Below, piece after piece: positions 40,147 to 48,369 of a DNA stretch of 64,000 nucleotides (position 1 is the stretch's first letter; every line of letters begins with the position of its first letter). The stretch lies in the NCBI GenBank assembly GCA_003223995.1, contig QHYA01000061.1, positions 2,259 to 66,258 on the forward strand, read 5' to 3'. Made by a program: the position numbers and the translations under genes. The DNA comes from Acidobacteriota bacterium (GTDB taxonomy: Bacteria > Acidobacteriota > Polarisedimenticolia > QHYA01). The notes beneath the pieces are model-generated. The model was given only the letters and a program-made list of their open reading frames with translations. It was not told the DNA's origin and did not search any database.

Positions 40147-41428
40147 TTCCCCTCGCCCAGCCGGCGATTCTCTGAACCGCCTCGTCGAGCGCTTGGCGCT
40201 GCGCGAAGAGGTCGTGCACCGGCTGGCCGTTGCGCACGGTCGGGCTCTTGAAGTACAGCGAGAGCCACTCCTGTGCACCCCTCAGTCCGGAGCGCTGCGC
40301 CAGGTCCGTCCAGAGCACGAGATCGAGGGCGAGGGGGGCCGCGAGAATCGAATCGCGGCAGAGAAAGTTCACCTTGATCTGCATCGGGTAGCCAAGCCAT
40401 CCGAAGATGTCGATGTTGTCCCAGGCTTCCTTGTTGTCCTTCCGGGGCGGGTAGTAGTCGATCCGCACCTGGTGGACGAAATCGCCGTAGAGGTCAGGAT
40501 ACTGGGAGGGTTGGAGGATGCCCCTCAGGACCGACAGCTTGCTTTCCTGCTTCGACTTGAGGGAGGCGGGATCGTCCAGGACCTCGCCATCCCGGTTTCC
40601 CAGGATGTTGGTCGAGTACCAGCCTGCGAGGCCGAGGGCCCGCACCTTCAGGCCTGGGGCGAGAATCGTCTTCAGCAGTGTCTGGCCCGTCTTGAGATCG
40701 CGGCCGGCCACCGGAACTCGCAGCTCCTCGGACATCTCCAGCAGAGCCGGGATGTCCGCCCCGCGGCTCGGCGTGCAGTTCACCACCGGGATCCGCTCCT
40801 TGAGGGCCGCGTAGGTGTAGATCATCGCCGGCGAGATCCTCTCGTCGTCCTCACGCAGGCCTTTCTCGAAGGACCTCAGCTCGTGATGGACGGGCGCCAG
40901 CTCCTGGTAGGTCTCGGTCGACGCGCAGTTGAGAAGCACCAGACGCTCCGCTCCGGACGCTTCGCGGAAGCGGTGGATGTCTTTCACGACCTCCTCGACG
41001 CTCCCGAGCCACCCCATGGGCGGCCTCGAGTGTGTCGCCTCGATTCGCCTCAGGTAGCGCGGGTCGAAGATCCCCCGCCACGGGCGGATCGACTCCAGCT
41101 CTGACTTCAGCAGCGCCAGCAGCCCGTCTTCCAGCACCCTTGCTTTCTTCGCGGCCGAATACGCGTCATCCGAGACGACATCCCACCCGCCGAAGGCGAG
41201 GTCGGCGAGGCCCGCGAGCGGCACGGCCTCGCCGAAGGGGACGGAGTCCGGCTGGCCAGACGGGCCGGGAAGCTGCCCCATCTGGGTGAGCGATCCGATC
41301 GGCTTTCCGAGATTGCGCCGCACGGCCAGTACCCCGGCGATAAGCGCGGTGGAGAGGGAGCCCATACCGACGATCAGCACCCCGAGACGCCCCGATGCAG
41401 GGGCCGGCTTGATCGGTTCTTGTCTCAT
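40121..41428 (-). CDS. ino1: myo-inositol-1-phosphate synthase
   Basis: FGGWD, GRDLKTGQT, WYSTNILGNRDG, YYPPRKDNKEAWD and CRDSILAAPL. Confidence 0.93.
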   Translation of the reverse strand: MRQEPIKPAPASGRLGVLIVGMGSLSTALIAGVLAVRRNLGKPIGSLTQMGQLPGPSGQPDSVPFGEAVPLAGLADLAFGGWDVVSDDAYSAAKKARVLEDGLLALLKSELESIRPWRGIFDPRYLRRIEATHSRPPMGWLGSVEEVVKDIHRFREASGAERLVLLNCASTETYQELAPVHHELRSFEKGLREDDERISPAMIYTYAALKERIPVVNCTPSRGADIPALLEMSEELRVPVAGRDLKTGQTLLKTILAPGLKVRALGLAGWYSTNILGNRDGEVLDDPASLKSKQESKLSVLRGILQPSQYPDLYGDFVHQVRIDYYPPRKDNKEAWDNIDIFGWLGYPMQIKVNFLCRDSILAAPLALDLVLWTDLAQRSGLRGAQEWLSLYFKSPTVRNGQPVHDLFAQRQALDEAVQRIAGWARGNGKRGRHL

Positions 41429-41661
41429 CTTTGGCTGGATCCTCCCATAGGCCCTGCCTCCGCGGCGCGCCGCGAATGGACACATGCGGGCTCGTCACCT
41501 AGGCCCGAGTTATTCACGAGACATCGTTGCGAGGCCAAGTCATCGCTTTCAGGAGCGGAAGCCCCTGAAAGCGCTCCAGCCGCGCAGCGGGAAGAGAGCA
41601 TGGCCGTCGTGCCCGGCTTTCGCAGGCGCGAGGACCTGAAGCGCGAATTCTCCGATCGCGC

Positions 41662-41796
41662 AGCGCGAGGGGATCGCCTTCGCGGGCGCTGGCGGGCTGT
41701 TCGCGTCCGGCGCTCCGAGCGCGAAGCGCGAGGGGATCGCCTTCGCGGGCGCTGGCGGGCTGTTCGCGTCCGGCGCTCCGAGCGCGAAGCGCGAGG
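41662..41796. repeat. Perfect 63-bp tandem repeat (two copies plus 9 bp) in a REP-like intergenic element
   Basis: Unit AGCGCGAGGGGATCGCCTTCGCGGGCGCTGGCGGGCTGTTCGCGTCCGGCGCTCCGAGCGCGA at 41662 and 41725, partial copy at 41788. Confidence 0.95.
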
Positions 41797-41856
41797 AGTA
41801 TCCGAGGGGTGCGGGGTGGTCGGTTGGCCGCCAGGCATGTCGCAAGGTCCGAGCAA

Positions 41857-43101
41857 GTGCGGGGCGGAAGACCCGCGGTTTCGAAGCAACTGGCCGTTCG
41901 ATGGCCGGTGATCGGCGCGGCGGAGCGACAGGCGGCGCTCGGAGTTCTCGACAGCGGGATACTGAACGGCCCGAGTGCCCCCCAGGTCAAGGGACTCGAG
42001 AAGGAATTCGCCGCCTTCCTGGGAGCCCGGTTCTGCCTGGCGACCAACAGCGGCACGGCGGCTCTCCATATGGCGCTCGCCGCGGGCGGCATCGGCGCCG
42101 GCGACGAAGTCATCACGACCGCGTTCAGCTACGTCGCCACCCCACTCGCGATCCTCTATCAGAGCGCCGTCCCGGTCTTCGTGGACATCGATCAGGAAAC
42201 GTTCAACATCGACCCCTCTCTCATCGAGGAGCGGATCACGCCGCGCACGCGCGCGCTGCTGCCCGTCCATATCCACGGTCTCCCCTGCGACATGGACGAG
42301 ATCAACTCCATCGCCCGCCGCCGCGGACTTCTGGTCATCGAGGACGCCGCCCAGGCTCACGGAGCCTCCTACCGCGGCCGGCCCGCGGGCACGCTGGGAG
42401 CCATGGCGGGCTTCTCCCTCAACGCGACAAAAAACCTTCCGTGCGGGGAGGGCGGGCTGTTCGTGACCAACAACGAGACGTTCCTTCCCGTGGCCCGTCG
42501 GATTCGCCTTCACGGCATCGACGCCGAGGAAGTCCCCTTCGATCCCACCCACCCGCTCGACGAGGAGGGAGAGGAGAAGGTCACTGGTATGGGCTGGATG
42601 TACATGCCGCAGGAACTTCCTGCGGCCATCGCGCGGGCGCAGTTGCGGCGTCTCGTGGAGTTCAACGAGAACGCCGCGGCGAACGCGGCCCTCCTGACCT
42701 CGCGGCTGTCCGGTCTTCCCGGGGTGATCCCGCCGTCGTGCCCTCCAGACCGGACCCACATCTATCACAAGTACCGGGTCCGGCTCGATCCGGAAGCGAT
42801 GGGGTTCTCCATGCCGGCGGCCGAAATGCGCGATACCGTGCTCACCGCGTTGCGCGCAGAAGGAGTGGAGGCGACTCTCTGGGGCGCGAAGCCTCTGCCC
42901 GAGCTGGAGCTGTTCCGGGGCCTGGGCCATGCGCGCGGCTGCGCTCCTCGCACCAGCGAGCTGCTCGACTGCTCCCTCGTCGTCGGCTCGCAGTCCTACC
43001 CTCTCTTTCCGCAGCCGCGGGCTCTGATGGAGCAGTATGCCGACGCTTTCGAGAAGGTCGTGACCAACATCGCCAAGCGTGTCGACGCCGTTCAACGGTA
43101 G
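41857..43101 (+). CDS. DegT/DnrJ/EryC1/StrS family aminotransferase (start uncertain; possibly frameshifted from ATG 41837)
   Basis: [19 protein letters not shown] and FSLNATKNLPCGEGG (PLP lysine). Confidence 0.92.
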   Translation: MRGGRPAVSKQLAVRWPVIGAAERQAALGVLDSGILNGPSAPQVKGLEKEFAAFLGARFCLATNSGTAALHMALAAGGIGAGDEVITTAFSYVATPLAILYQSAVPVFVDIDQETFNIDPSLIEERITPRTRALLPVHIHGLPCDMDEINSIARRRGLLVIEDAAQAHGASYRGRPAGTLGAMAGFSLNATKNLPCGEGGLFVTNNETFLPVARRIRLHGIDAEEVPFDPTHPLDEEGEEKVTGMGWMYMPQELPAAIARAQLRRLVEFNENAAANAALLTSRLSGLPGVIPPSCPPDRTHIYHKYRVRLDPEAMGFSMPAAEMRDTVLTALRAEGVEATLWGAKPLPELELFRGLGHARGCAPRTSELLDCSLVVGSQSYPLFPQPRALMEQYADAFEKVVTNIAKRVDAVQR

Positions 43102-43134
43102 ACCGCCAGGAGCCGAAGGCCCAGGAGAGGATCG

Positions 43135-44127
43135 ATGAAAATCGTCAGGGTGGGGATGCTCGGGGCGGGCGGCATGGGCAGGACGCATGCGGAGATCCTC
43201 GCCCGCGACGAGCGGGTGAGAATCGCCGGTGTGGCCGATCTCGATCCTTCCCGGGCTCGCCGTCTGGCGGAGGACCTGGGCACGCGGGCGCATTCCGACC
43301 TGAAAGGGCTTCTCTCGACCGGCATCGACCTCTTGTTCGTCACCACCCCCAACCGTTACCACGCCGAGGCCGCCGGTATCGCCCTGGAAAACGGCGTGGC
43401 CGTGTTCTCCGAAAAGCCCATGGCCACCAGCTTCGATGAGGCGCGCCGGCTCTGCGAACTGGAGCAGCGGCCCGGCGCCTTCTACGTCGTGGCTCACAAC
43501 CGCCGCCACTCCCCCGTCTACCGCCGCGTCAAGCAACTGCTTGCCGAGGGCTTCCGGCCGCTCGTTGCCAACATGAAGATGCATGAAGGGGATTATCGAA
43601 CTCCCGCGTGGGTCAACGACCCGGCCATGTCCGGCGGCTTTCTCTACGAGAACCTGGTGCACTTCTTCGACCTGATGGAGTGGCTGATCGGACCTGTGGC
43701 GGAAGTCTCCTGCCTCGCACGCAAGCCCTTCTACCAGGATTTCAACGACTTCGTGATCGCCGCAGCGTTCTCCGAGGGGGCGATCGCCGCGCTCACCGCC
43801 ACCGGCCACGCTTCCTGGCTCCACCCGGCCGAGAAGACCGAGCTGATCGGGGACCATGCCGCTATCGTCGCCGAGGAACTCGACCGCGTATTCTACTCTC
43901 CCGGCGATGGGGTGGAGGTCCGCGTCCACGATTACTCCCGTCTTCCTCGGGGCGAGCGCTGGGGATATCGGGACCAGGACTCCGAGGCCATCGAATCATA
44001 CCTCACGGGCGCGAGCCCATGCTTCCCAGCCCGGCGGGCGCTGCGGACGCTGGAGATCGCGGAAGCCTGCCGGCAGGCTGCCGCGGAAGGGCGTCCCGTG
44101 CGGCTCGCACCGCCTCCCTCGGATTGA
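43135..44127 (+). CDS. Gfo/Idh/MocA family oxidoreductase
   Basis: GAGGMG Rossmann motif, FSEKPMA and ENLVHFFD; GAGAGG RBS. Confidence 0.92.
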   Translation: MKIVRVGMLGAGGMGRTHAEILARDERVRIAGVADLDPSRARRLAEDLGTRAHSDLKGLLSTGIDLLFVTTPNRYHAEAAGIALENGVAVFSEKPMATSFDEARRLCELEQRPGAFYVVAHNRRHSPVYRRVKQLLAEGFRPLVANMKMHEGDYRTPAWVNDPAMSGGFLYENLVHFFDLMEWLIGPVAEVSCLARKPFYQDFNDFVIAAAFSEGAIAALTATGHASWLHPAEKTELIGDHAAIVAEELDRVFYSPGDGVEVRVHDYSRLPRGERWGYRDQDSEAIESYLTGASPCFPARRALRTLEIAEACRQAAAEGRPVRLAPPPSD

Positions 44128-44135
44128 TCTCCTCG

Positions 44136-46289
44136 TCACGAGGGAGGCATCACGGGAACAGAGGCCTCGGCGCTGAACAGCGCCTTTCTCAGATCGACAA
44201 TCGACCGCAGCTTGCGTCCGGTCCGCAATGACCCCTGAGGCTGCCCCAGGACCCTCAGCTCGCACAGCCCCATAGAGATGTTGCGCTCCATATCGGGGAA
44301 ACGTTCGCCGAGCGAGGCCATGATCTGGCGTTCCACCGATTCCTGCGAAGCGCCGTTGCTCAGCTCCACCCGCATTTCCACGACGTCCCTGAGCCCCGGC
44401 CTCGTCGTCACGACCTGCCAGTCGTGCCCGATGCCTCGCACCCCCTCCAGCAACCGCTCGAACATCCAGGGGCTGATATTGCCGAGTCCGCAGTTGACCA
44501 TCTCGTCGCAGCGCCCGCGGATCTTGGAGATGCGCCGCAAGGCCCGGAGATCGCAGTTGCAGGAGCCCTCCATGAAGCTGGTCACGTCCGAGGTCCTGTA
44601 GCGCAGAAGCGGCATGACGCGCCGCGAGAGTGTCGTGAAGACGAGCTCTCCGTTGCGCTCCTCGTCCGGTTCGGGAATCTCGAACCAGAATTTCAGTTCC
44701 TGGAGATGGTAGCCGTTCTTGCGGCTGCACTCCGAGCCCGCCGTGCCGAAGGACTCCGTCTGGCCGTACGTCAGGTAGAGGTTCGTGTTCCAGACCTCCT
44801 CGACGTACCGGCGGGACTGCTCGGACATGTTCTCGCCGCCGACGAGCATCAACTTCACCGGCCAGGTTCCCATTTTCTCAGCGACCTCTGTCAGGCTCAC
44901 GATCCATGAAGGCTCGACAATCATCACGTTGAACCGGTAGTCGCGAGCGCGCTCGAAGAACTCCTCGGGAGGGAGCTTGCCCGCCTCGACGAGGAAGCAG
45001 CCGAGGATCTGCGTCGCGGCCCGCAGGGCCGCCCCGGCGTTCCAGAAGGGAAGGTCCAGCGCCGAGACCACGCGGTCCTCCGACCGGACCCCGAAAGCCC
45101 ACAGCCCCGCGGCCCCGTCCCGTCCCATGTCGCGCATCTCCTCGAGCGAGAAGAAGACCTTCTTGCTCTTCGGCGAGAGCGTGCCGGTCGTCTCGAAACC
45201 GGCTTGCGGACGGTCACAGAGGAAATCCTCGATGGGGTTGGTGAGCAGGTCATGAGAGGTCGTGTAAAGGTCGCCCAGGTCCGCCGGGCAGCGCGCCGCC
45301 TCCGGATCGACGCCATGCTCCGCGAAGCGTCGCCTGTAGAAGGCCGAGCGGCTCGCGACCCACCTCATCGTAGCCCGGAAATCGGCCCCCTGCACCCGCC
45401 GCAGGTAGCTGTCGGGCATCCGCCTCGCGAACCACAGCCGCCGCGACGGAGAATCACCGAGGATAACTCGATCGAGCAGGGTGCTTACCACGTTGCGCAT
45501 TTCAATCAGGTTCTCCAGAACGCGAACCGGGTGATCGGTCGGCGGCGCTTCGACAAACCGCTGCCCCCCCGGCCTCCCCTCGGAAGTCCGGGGTCTGGGG
45601 CGGAGAACCAGCAACCGGTCCCCGAGCAGCTTCTGCCAGCGCACGAGCTCGCTGTGCTTTGCCCGTTTCCTCGAAGGGGTCAGATCGACAGCGATGATGT
45701 GGGTCGCCGAAACGGGCGCACTGACGGCGTGAACAACCGGCGTGGGGGAGGACAGTCCGCCGTCCACAAGCCTCCTCTCCAGGCCGTCCACCTCCTTCCG
45801 CATCGGCGGAAAGAGGAATGGCACTCGGGAGCTTGCGCGGACGGCCTCCGAGAGGCTGAAGCCGCGCTCGAGGCCCGTCACAGCGAAGATCCTCTCGCGT
45901 CGGACCAGATCGTGCATCAGGAAGCCGATCCTCCGAACCCCGTGGTGAAGCCTGCGAAAATCGTATTGCTCGAGACGGTCGAGCTGATGATGGATCGGGT
46001 AAGACCAGCGGGCGAAGAAGCGGCCCATCTTCCCTTCGGATCGAAGGGTGACGGCGTGGGAGAAGACTCCCATCAGTTTGATACCGAAAGCGCTCTCGAG
46101 CAGATCCTCGACGGGAAGACCCACAGCGGCGTAATAGGCGCTGACGATGCTTCCGACGCTGCAGCCGATCATCGAGTGGACGGGGACACCCAACTCCTTC
46201 AACCTCTCGAGTACGCCGACGTGGGCGGGGCCGCGGAAGCCTCCCGAGCCCAGTACGATAGCGACCTCCTTCGCCTGCACCTGCTTCAT
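44136..46289 (-). CDS. Patatin-like phospholipase in frame with a phenylacetate-CoA ligase (PaaK)-like adenylating domain (internal ATG at 45500)
   Basis: Patatin GSGGFRG, GCSVG, DGG; ligase ETTGT, YGQTE, LRYRTSD, GRCDEM; no stop codon between them. Confidence 0.8.
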   Translation of the reverse strand: MKQVQAKEVAIVLGSGGFRGPAHVGVLERLKELGVPVHSMIGCSVGSIVSAYYAAVGLPVEDLLESAFGIKLMGVFSHAVTLRSEGKMGRFFARWSYPIHHQLDRLEQYDFRRLHHGVRRIGFLMHDLVRRERIFAVTGLERGFSLSEAVRASSRVPFLFPPMRKEVDGLERRLVDGGLSSPTPVVHAVSAPVSATHIIAVDLTPSRKRAKHSELVRWQKLLGDRLLVLRPRPRTSEGRPGGQRFVEAPPTDHPVRVLENLIEMRNVVSTLLDRVILGDSPSRRLWFARRMPDSYLRRVQGADFRATMRWVASRSAFYRRRFAEHGVDPEAARCPADLGDLYTTSHDLLTNPIEDFLCDRPQAGFETTGTLSPKSKKVFFSLEEMRDMGRDGAAGLWAFGVRSEDRVVSALDLPFWNAGAALRAATQILGCFLVEAGKLPPEEFFERARDYRFNVMIVEPSWIVSLTEVAEKMGTWPVKLMLVGGENMSEQSRRYVEEVWNTNLYLTYGQTESFGTAGSECSRKNGYHLQELKFWFEIPEPDEERNGELVFTTLSRRVMPLLRYRTSDVTSFMEGSCNCDLRALRRISKIRGRCDEMVNCGLGNISPWMFERLLEGVRGIGHDWQVVTTRPGLRDVVEMRVELSNGASQESVERQIMASLGERFPDMERNISMGLCELRVLGQPQGSLRTGRKLRSIVDLRKALFSAEASVPVMPPS

Positions 46290-46419
46290 CTTTTGCCGTT
46301 CCTCTGAACCCGGCAGGCTGCGTCTCTCTTGCGCGCTGCTTGGCAGCATCCGGGCAAACGGGGCGATTCTACACCACAGGGGGAGACACCGCACATTGAT
46401 CTTCAAGGGCGGTCCAATG

Positions 46420-46454
46420 AAAAAAACAAAACCCCGGGGCTTTCGCCCCGGGGC
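46420..46454 (-). terminator. Strong intrinsic terminator
   Basis: 9-bp GC stem, GAAA tetraloop, long U tract on the minus strand. Confidence 0.88.
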
Positions 46455-46510
46455 ACATCACCGGGCCCTATTGGGGGGGAGTATAGAGCCCGGCACAGCA
46501 TCAGTTCGCT
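46420..46510 (-). ncRNA. Candidate small RNA A: hairpin with C-rich loop plus intrinsic terminator (5' end approximate)
   Basis: Minus strand CCGGGCUCUAU-ACUCCCCCCCA-AUAGGGCCCGG, then CCCCGGGGC-GAAA-GCCCCGGGG-UUUUGUUUUUUU; TAGATT -10-like element upstream. Confidence 0.55.
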
Positions 46511-46682
46511 TGATAACAATCTAGCGCCGATCCGTGCACCGCGCCAGTTCCGGCTCCGCCCATGCTCCCTGTCTGGCTTGCGTCATCGCCAGGAGACGTG
46601 GGGACGGTCATTCTGCATCCCCGCCTGGTTCGCACAGGGCATGATTTGGCGCGCCCGCAGAAGAGCCGATGGGACCAACAAT

Positions 46683-46698
46683 TGGCAGGAAGGTTGCA
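46683..46698 (+). promoter_or_regulatory. sigma54 (-24/-12) promoter with no downstream protein gene
   Basis: TGGCAGGAAGGTTGCA, GG-N10-GC; predicted +1 near 46709. Confidence 0.65.
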
Positions 46699-46708
46699 CA
46701 GATAGCCA

Positions 46709-46790
46709 GTGCAGAGCGCGGGCGGAGGTCACCTGTCCCCCCCTCTCCCGCAGCCGGCAGGGGATCGTCCCCTGCCGGCTCTGTCTTTTG
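46709..46790 (+). ncRNA. Candidate sigma54-dependent small RNA B: hairpin with C-rich loop plus terminator
   Basis: GCGGG-c-GGAGG (46718-46728) pairs with CCTCT-CCCGC (46742-46751) around loop TCACCTGTCCCCC; then a perfect 13-bp stem 46752-46780 followed by CTGTCTTTTG. Confidence 0.55.
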
Positions 46791-46797
46791 TGCTCAA

Positions 46798-48369
46798 TTA
46801 GACTCCCTTTTTTCTCGTAGCACCCCGGTGCTTACCGGGTTTCAACGACTCCGCCGGCATTGCTGGAGCCGGGGTGGCGTCAGCCTGCTGCTCGGTCTTC
46901 CGAGCCGCCGCGTTCGCATCGAAGACAGAAATCCCCGAAGCTGCTTCTTCGCGCACGAGGGGGTTCGAATCGGCCTGCGCGAGCATCAGTAGAGAGCGAG
47001 CGGCTTCTTCCTGCCTCACGGCAAGCGCTTTCACCGTGGCCCCACGCACCCGCCAGTCGGGGTCATCAAGAAGCCGCTCCGCAAGCTCTGGAAGCACGCT
47101 GAATTCAGGAGATGCCGCCAGACCGCGCAGCGCCTCGAGACGGACCTCGGGATCCTCATCGCTCACACAGGCGAGGAACAGCTCGCTCGATCCGGAGGCG
47201 TCGCAGGCCTGGAGAAGCTGGAGGGCCTTCAGGCGCACCGTGGGGTCGGCGTCCCTGACGAGAGGCGCCGCTTCCCGTGCCAGGCTCGGATCGGGAAATC
47301 GGCAGAGAGCCCCCGCCGCCGTCGCCCTCACACCGGGAGAGGGGTCGGAAAGCATCTCGACGAGCCTCGGGACGACCTCCTTCTCTCCAGTCTCACCGAG
47401 CATCCAGACGGCTGTAGAGCGAACCTCGTGGTCGGGATCGCCGAGGGCCGCGGGGGCGACCTGAATGACCCTCTCGACTCCCTTCTCGCGAGCTCGAAAG
47501 AGCGCCTCCAGCCGTTCGTCGATGCTGCCTCGGCATGAAGGGAGACCGATCGACAAGGCCAGCAGCAACAAGACAGCGAGGCGGGAGAATTCCGGCAGCC
47601 TCATCCCTCCCGGCGGGCTCCAAGCATTGCGAATGAGCCGCCGCACGAGCGACCGCGCCAGACCAGCCGCTTCGAGGGTCCCCATCCCCCGCGCCAGACC
47701 GCAGGCGAGAGCCGTGGAGAAGGCGCACCCAAGCCCGTGCACGGGCCGTCCGGGCAGCCGACTTCCCCGCAGGGCCTTCGTGCGTCCCTCTGCGAGGACG
47801 ACATCGGCGGAGAGACCGTCGAGATGTCCGCCAGTGATGACGACAGCCCGTGCCCCCATCGAATGGAGTCGCTTGGCCGCCCGGAACATCCCTTCGATAT
47901 CCCGGACACGGAACCCCGTCAGGGCCGCGGCTTCGGCAAGGTTCGGCGTGACCACCGCCGCCAGGGGGACGAGCTCCTTCAAGAGACGCCGCAGACCGGC
48001 CGCGTCGAGCAGGTTCGCGCCGCTCGACGAGAGCATGTCGGGATCCACCACGGGGGGCGGCATCATCCCCCGCCGGACGGCCCGAGCGATGATCGCCACT
48101 GTTTTTGCATTGACAAGCATTCCGGTCTTGGCGGCCTGCGGCGGCATCTCGCGGGCCAGCAGGGCGATCTGCTCGGCAACCTCACCGGCAGGCACAGGGC
48201 GGATCGAGGCAACACCCCGTGGCCCCTGAATCGTGATAGCGGTGAGCACGGAAGCGCCGACGCATCCACAAAGCGCCGCCGTCCTGACGTCCGCGGTCAC
48301 TCCGGCGCCCCCCGAAGGGTCGAAACCCCCGATGGTCAGGACGACGGGGTGCCTCAGCCGATTCCCCAA
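46798..48369 (-). CDS. thiD: HMP/HMP-P kinase ThiD in frame with a signal/lipobox + HEAT-repeat protein (internal ATG at 47604)
   Basis: From TTG 48369: VLTIGGFDPSGGAGVTAD, KTGML, VTPNLAEA, TGGH, HGLGCAFS; then MRLPEFSRLAVLLLLALSIGLPSC and repeated LxDPxxxVR HEAT units. Confidence 0.85.
   Translation of the reverse strand: MGNRLRHPVVLTIGGFDPSGGAGVTADVRTAALCGCVGASVLTAITIQGPRGVASIRPVPAGEVAEQIALLAREMPPQAAKTGMLVNAKTVAIIARAVRRGMMPPPVVDPDMLSSSGANLLDAAGLRRLLKELVPLAAVVTPNLAEAAALTGFRVRDIEGMFRAAKRLHSMGARAVVITGGHLDGLSADVVLAEGRTKALRGSRLPGRPVHGLGCAFSTALACGLARGMGTLEAAGLARSLVRRLIRNAWSPPGGMRLPEFSRLAVLLLLALSIGLPSCRGSIDERLEALFRAREKGVERVIQVAPAALGDPDHEVRSTAVWMLGETGEKEVVPRLVEMLSDPSPGVRATAAGALCRFPDPSLAREAAPLVRDADPTVRLKALQLLQACDASGSSELFLACVSDEDPEVRLEALRGLAASPEFSVLPELAERLLDDPDWRVRGATVKALAVRQEEAARSLLMLAQADSNPLVREEAASGISVFDANAAARKTEQQADATPAPAMPAESLKPGKHRGATRKKGV

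Noticed and set aside
41662..41796. 63-bp repeats as a CRISPR array
   Set aside because: Head-to-tail copies with no unique spacers and no cas genes in the window.
41420..41911. 163-aa ORF with duplicated ARGDRLRGRWRAVRVRRSERE
   Set aside because: Translation of the non-coding 63-bp repeat; no RBS or protein-like composition.
46709..46801. 30-codon GTG ORF over candidate sRNA B
   Set aside because: Its stop lies beyond the terminator hairpin and the peptide is low-complexity; an RNA function fits better, though a leaderless peptide is not excluded.
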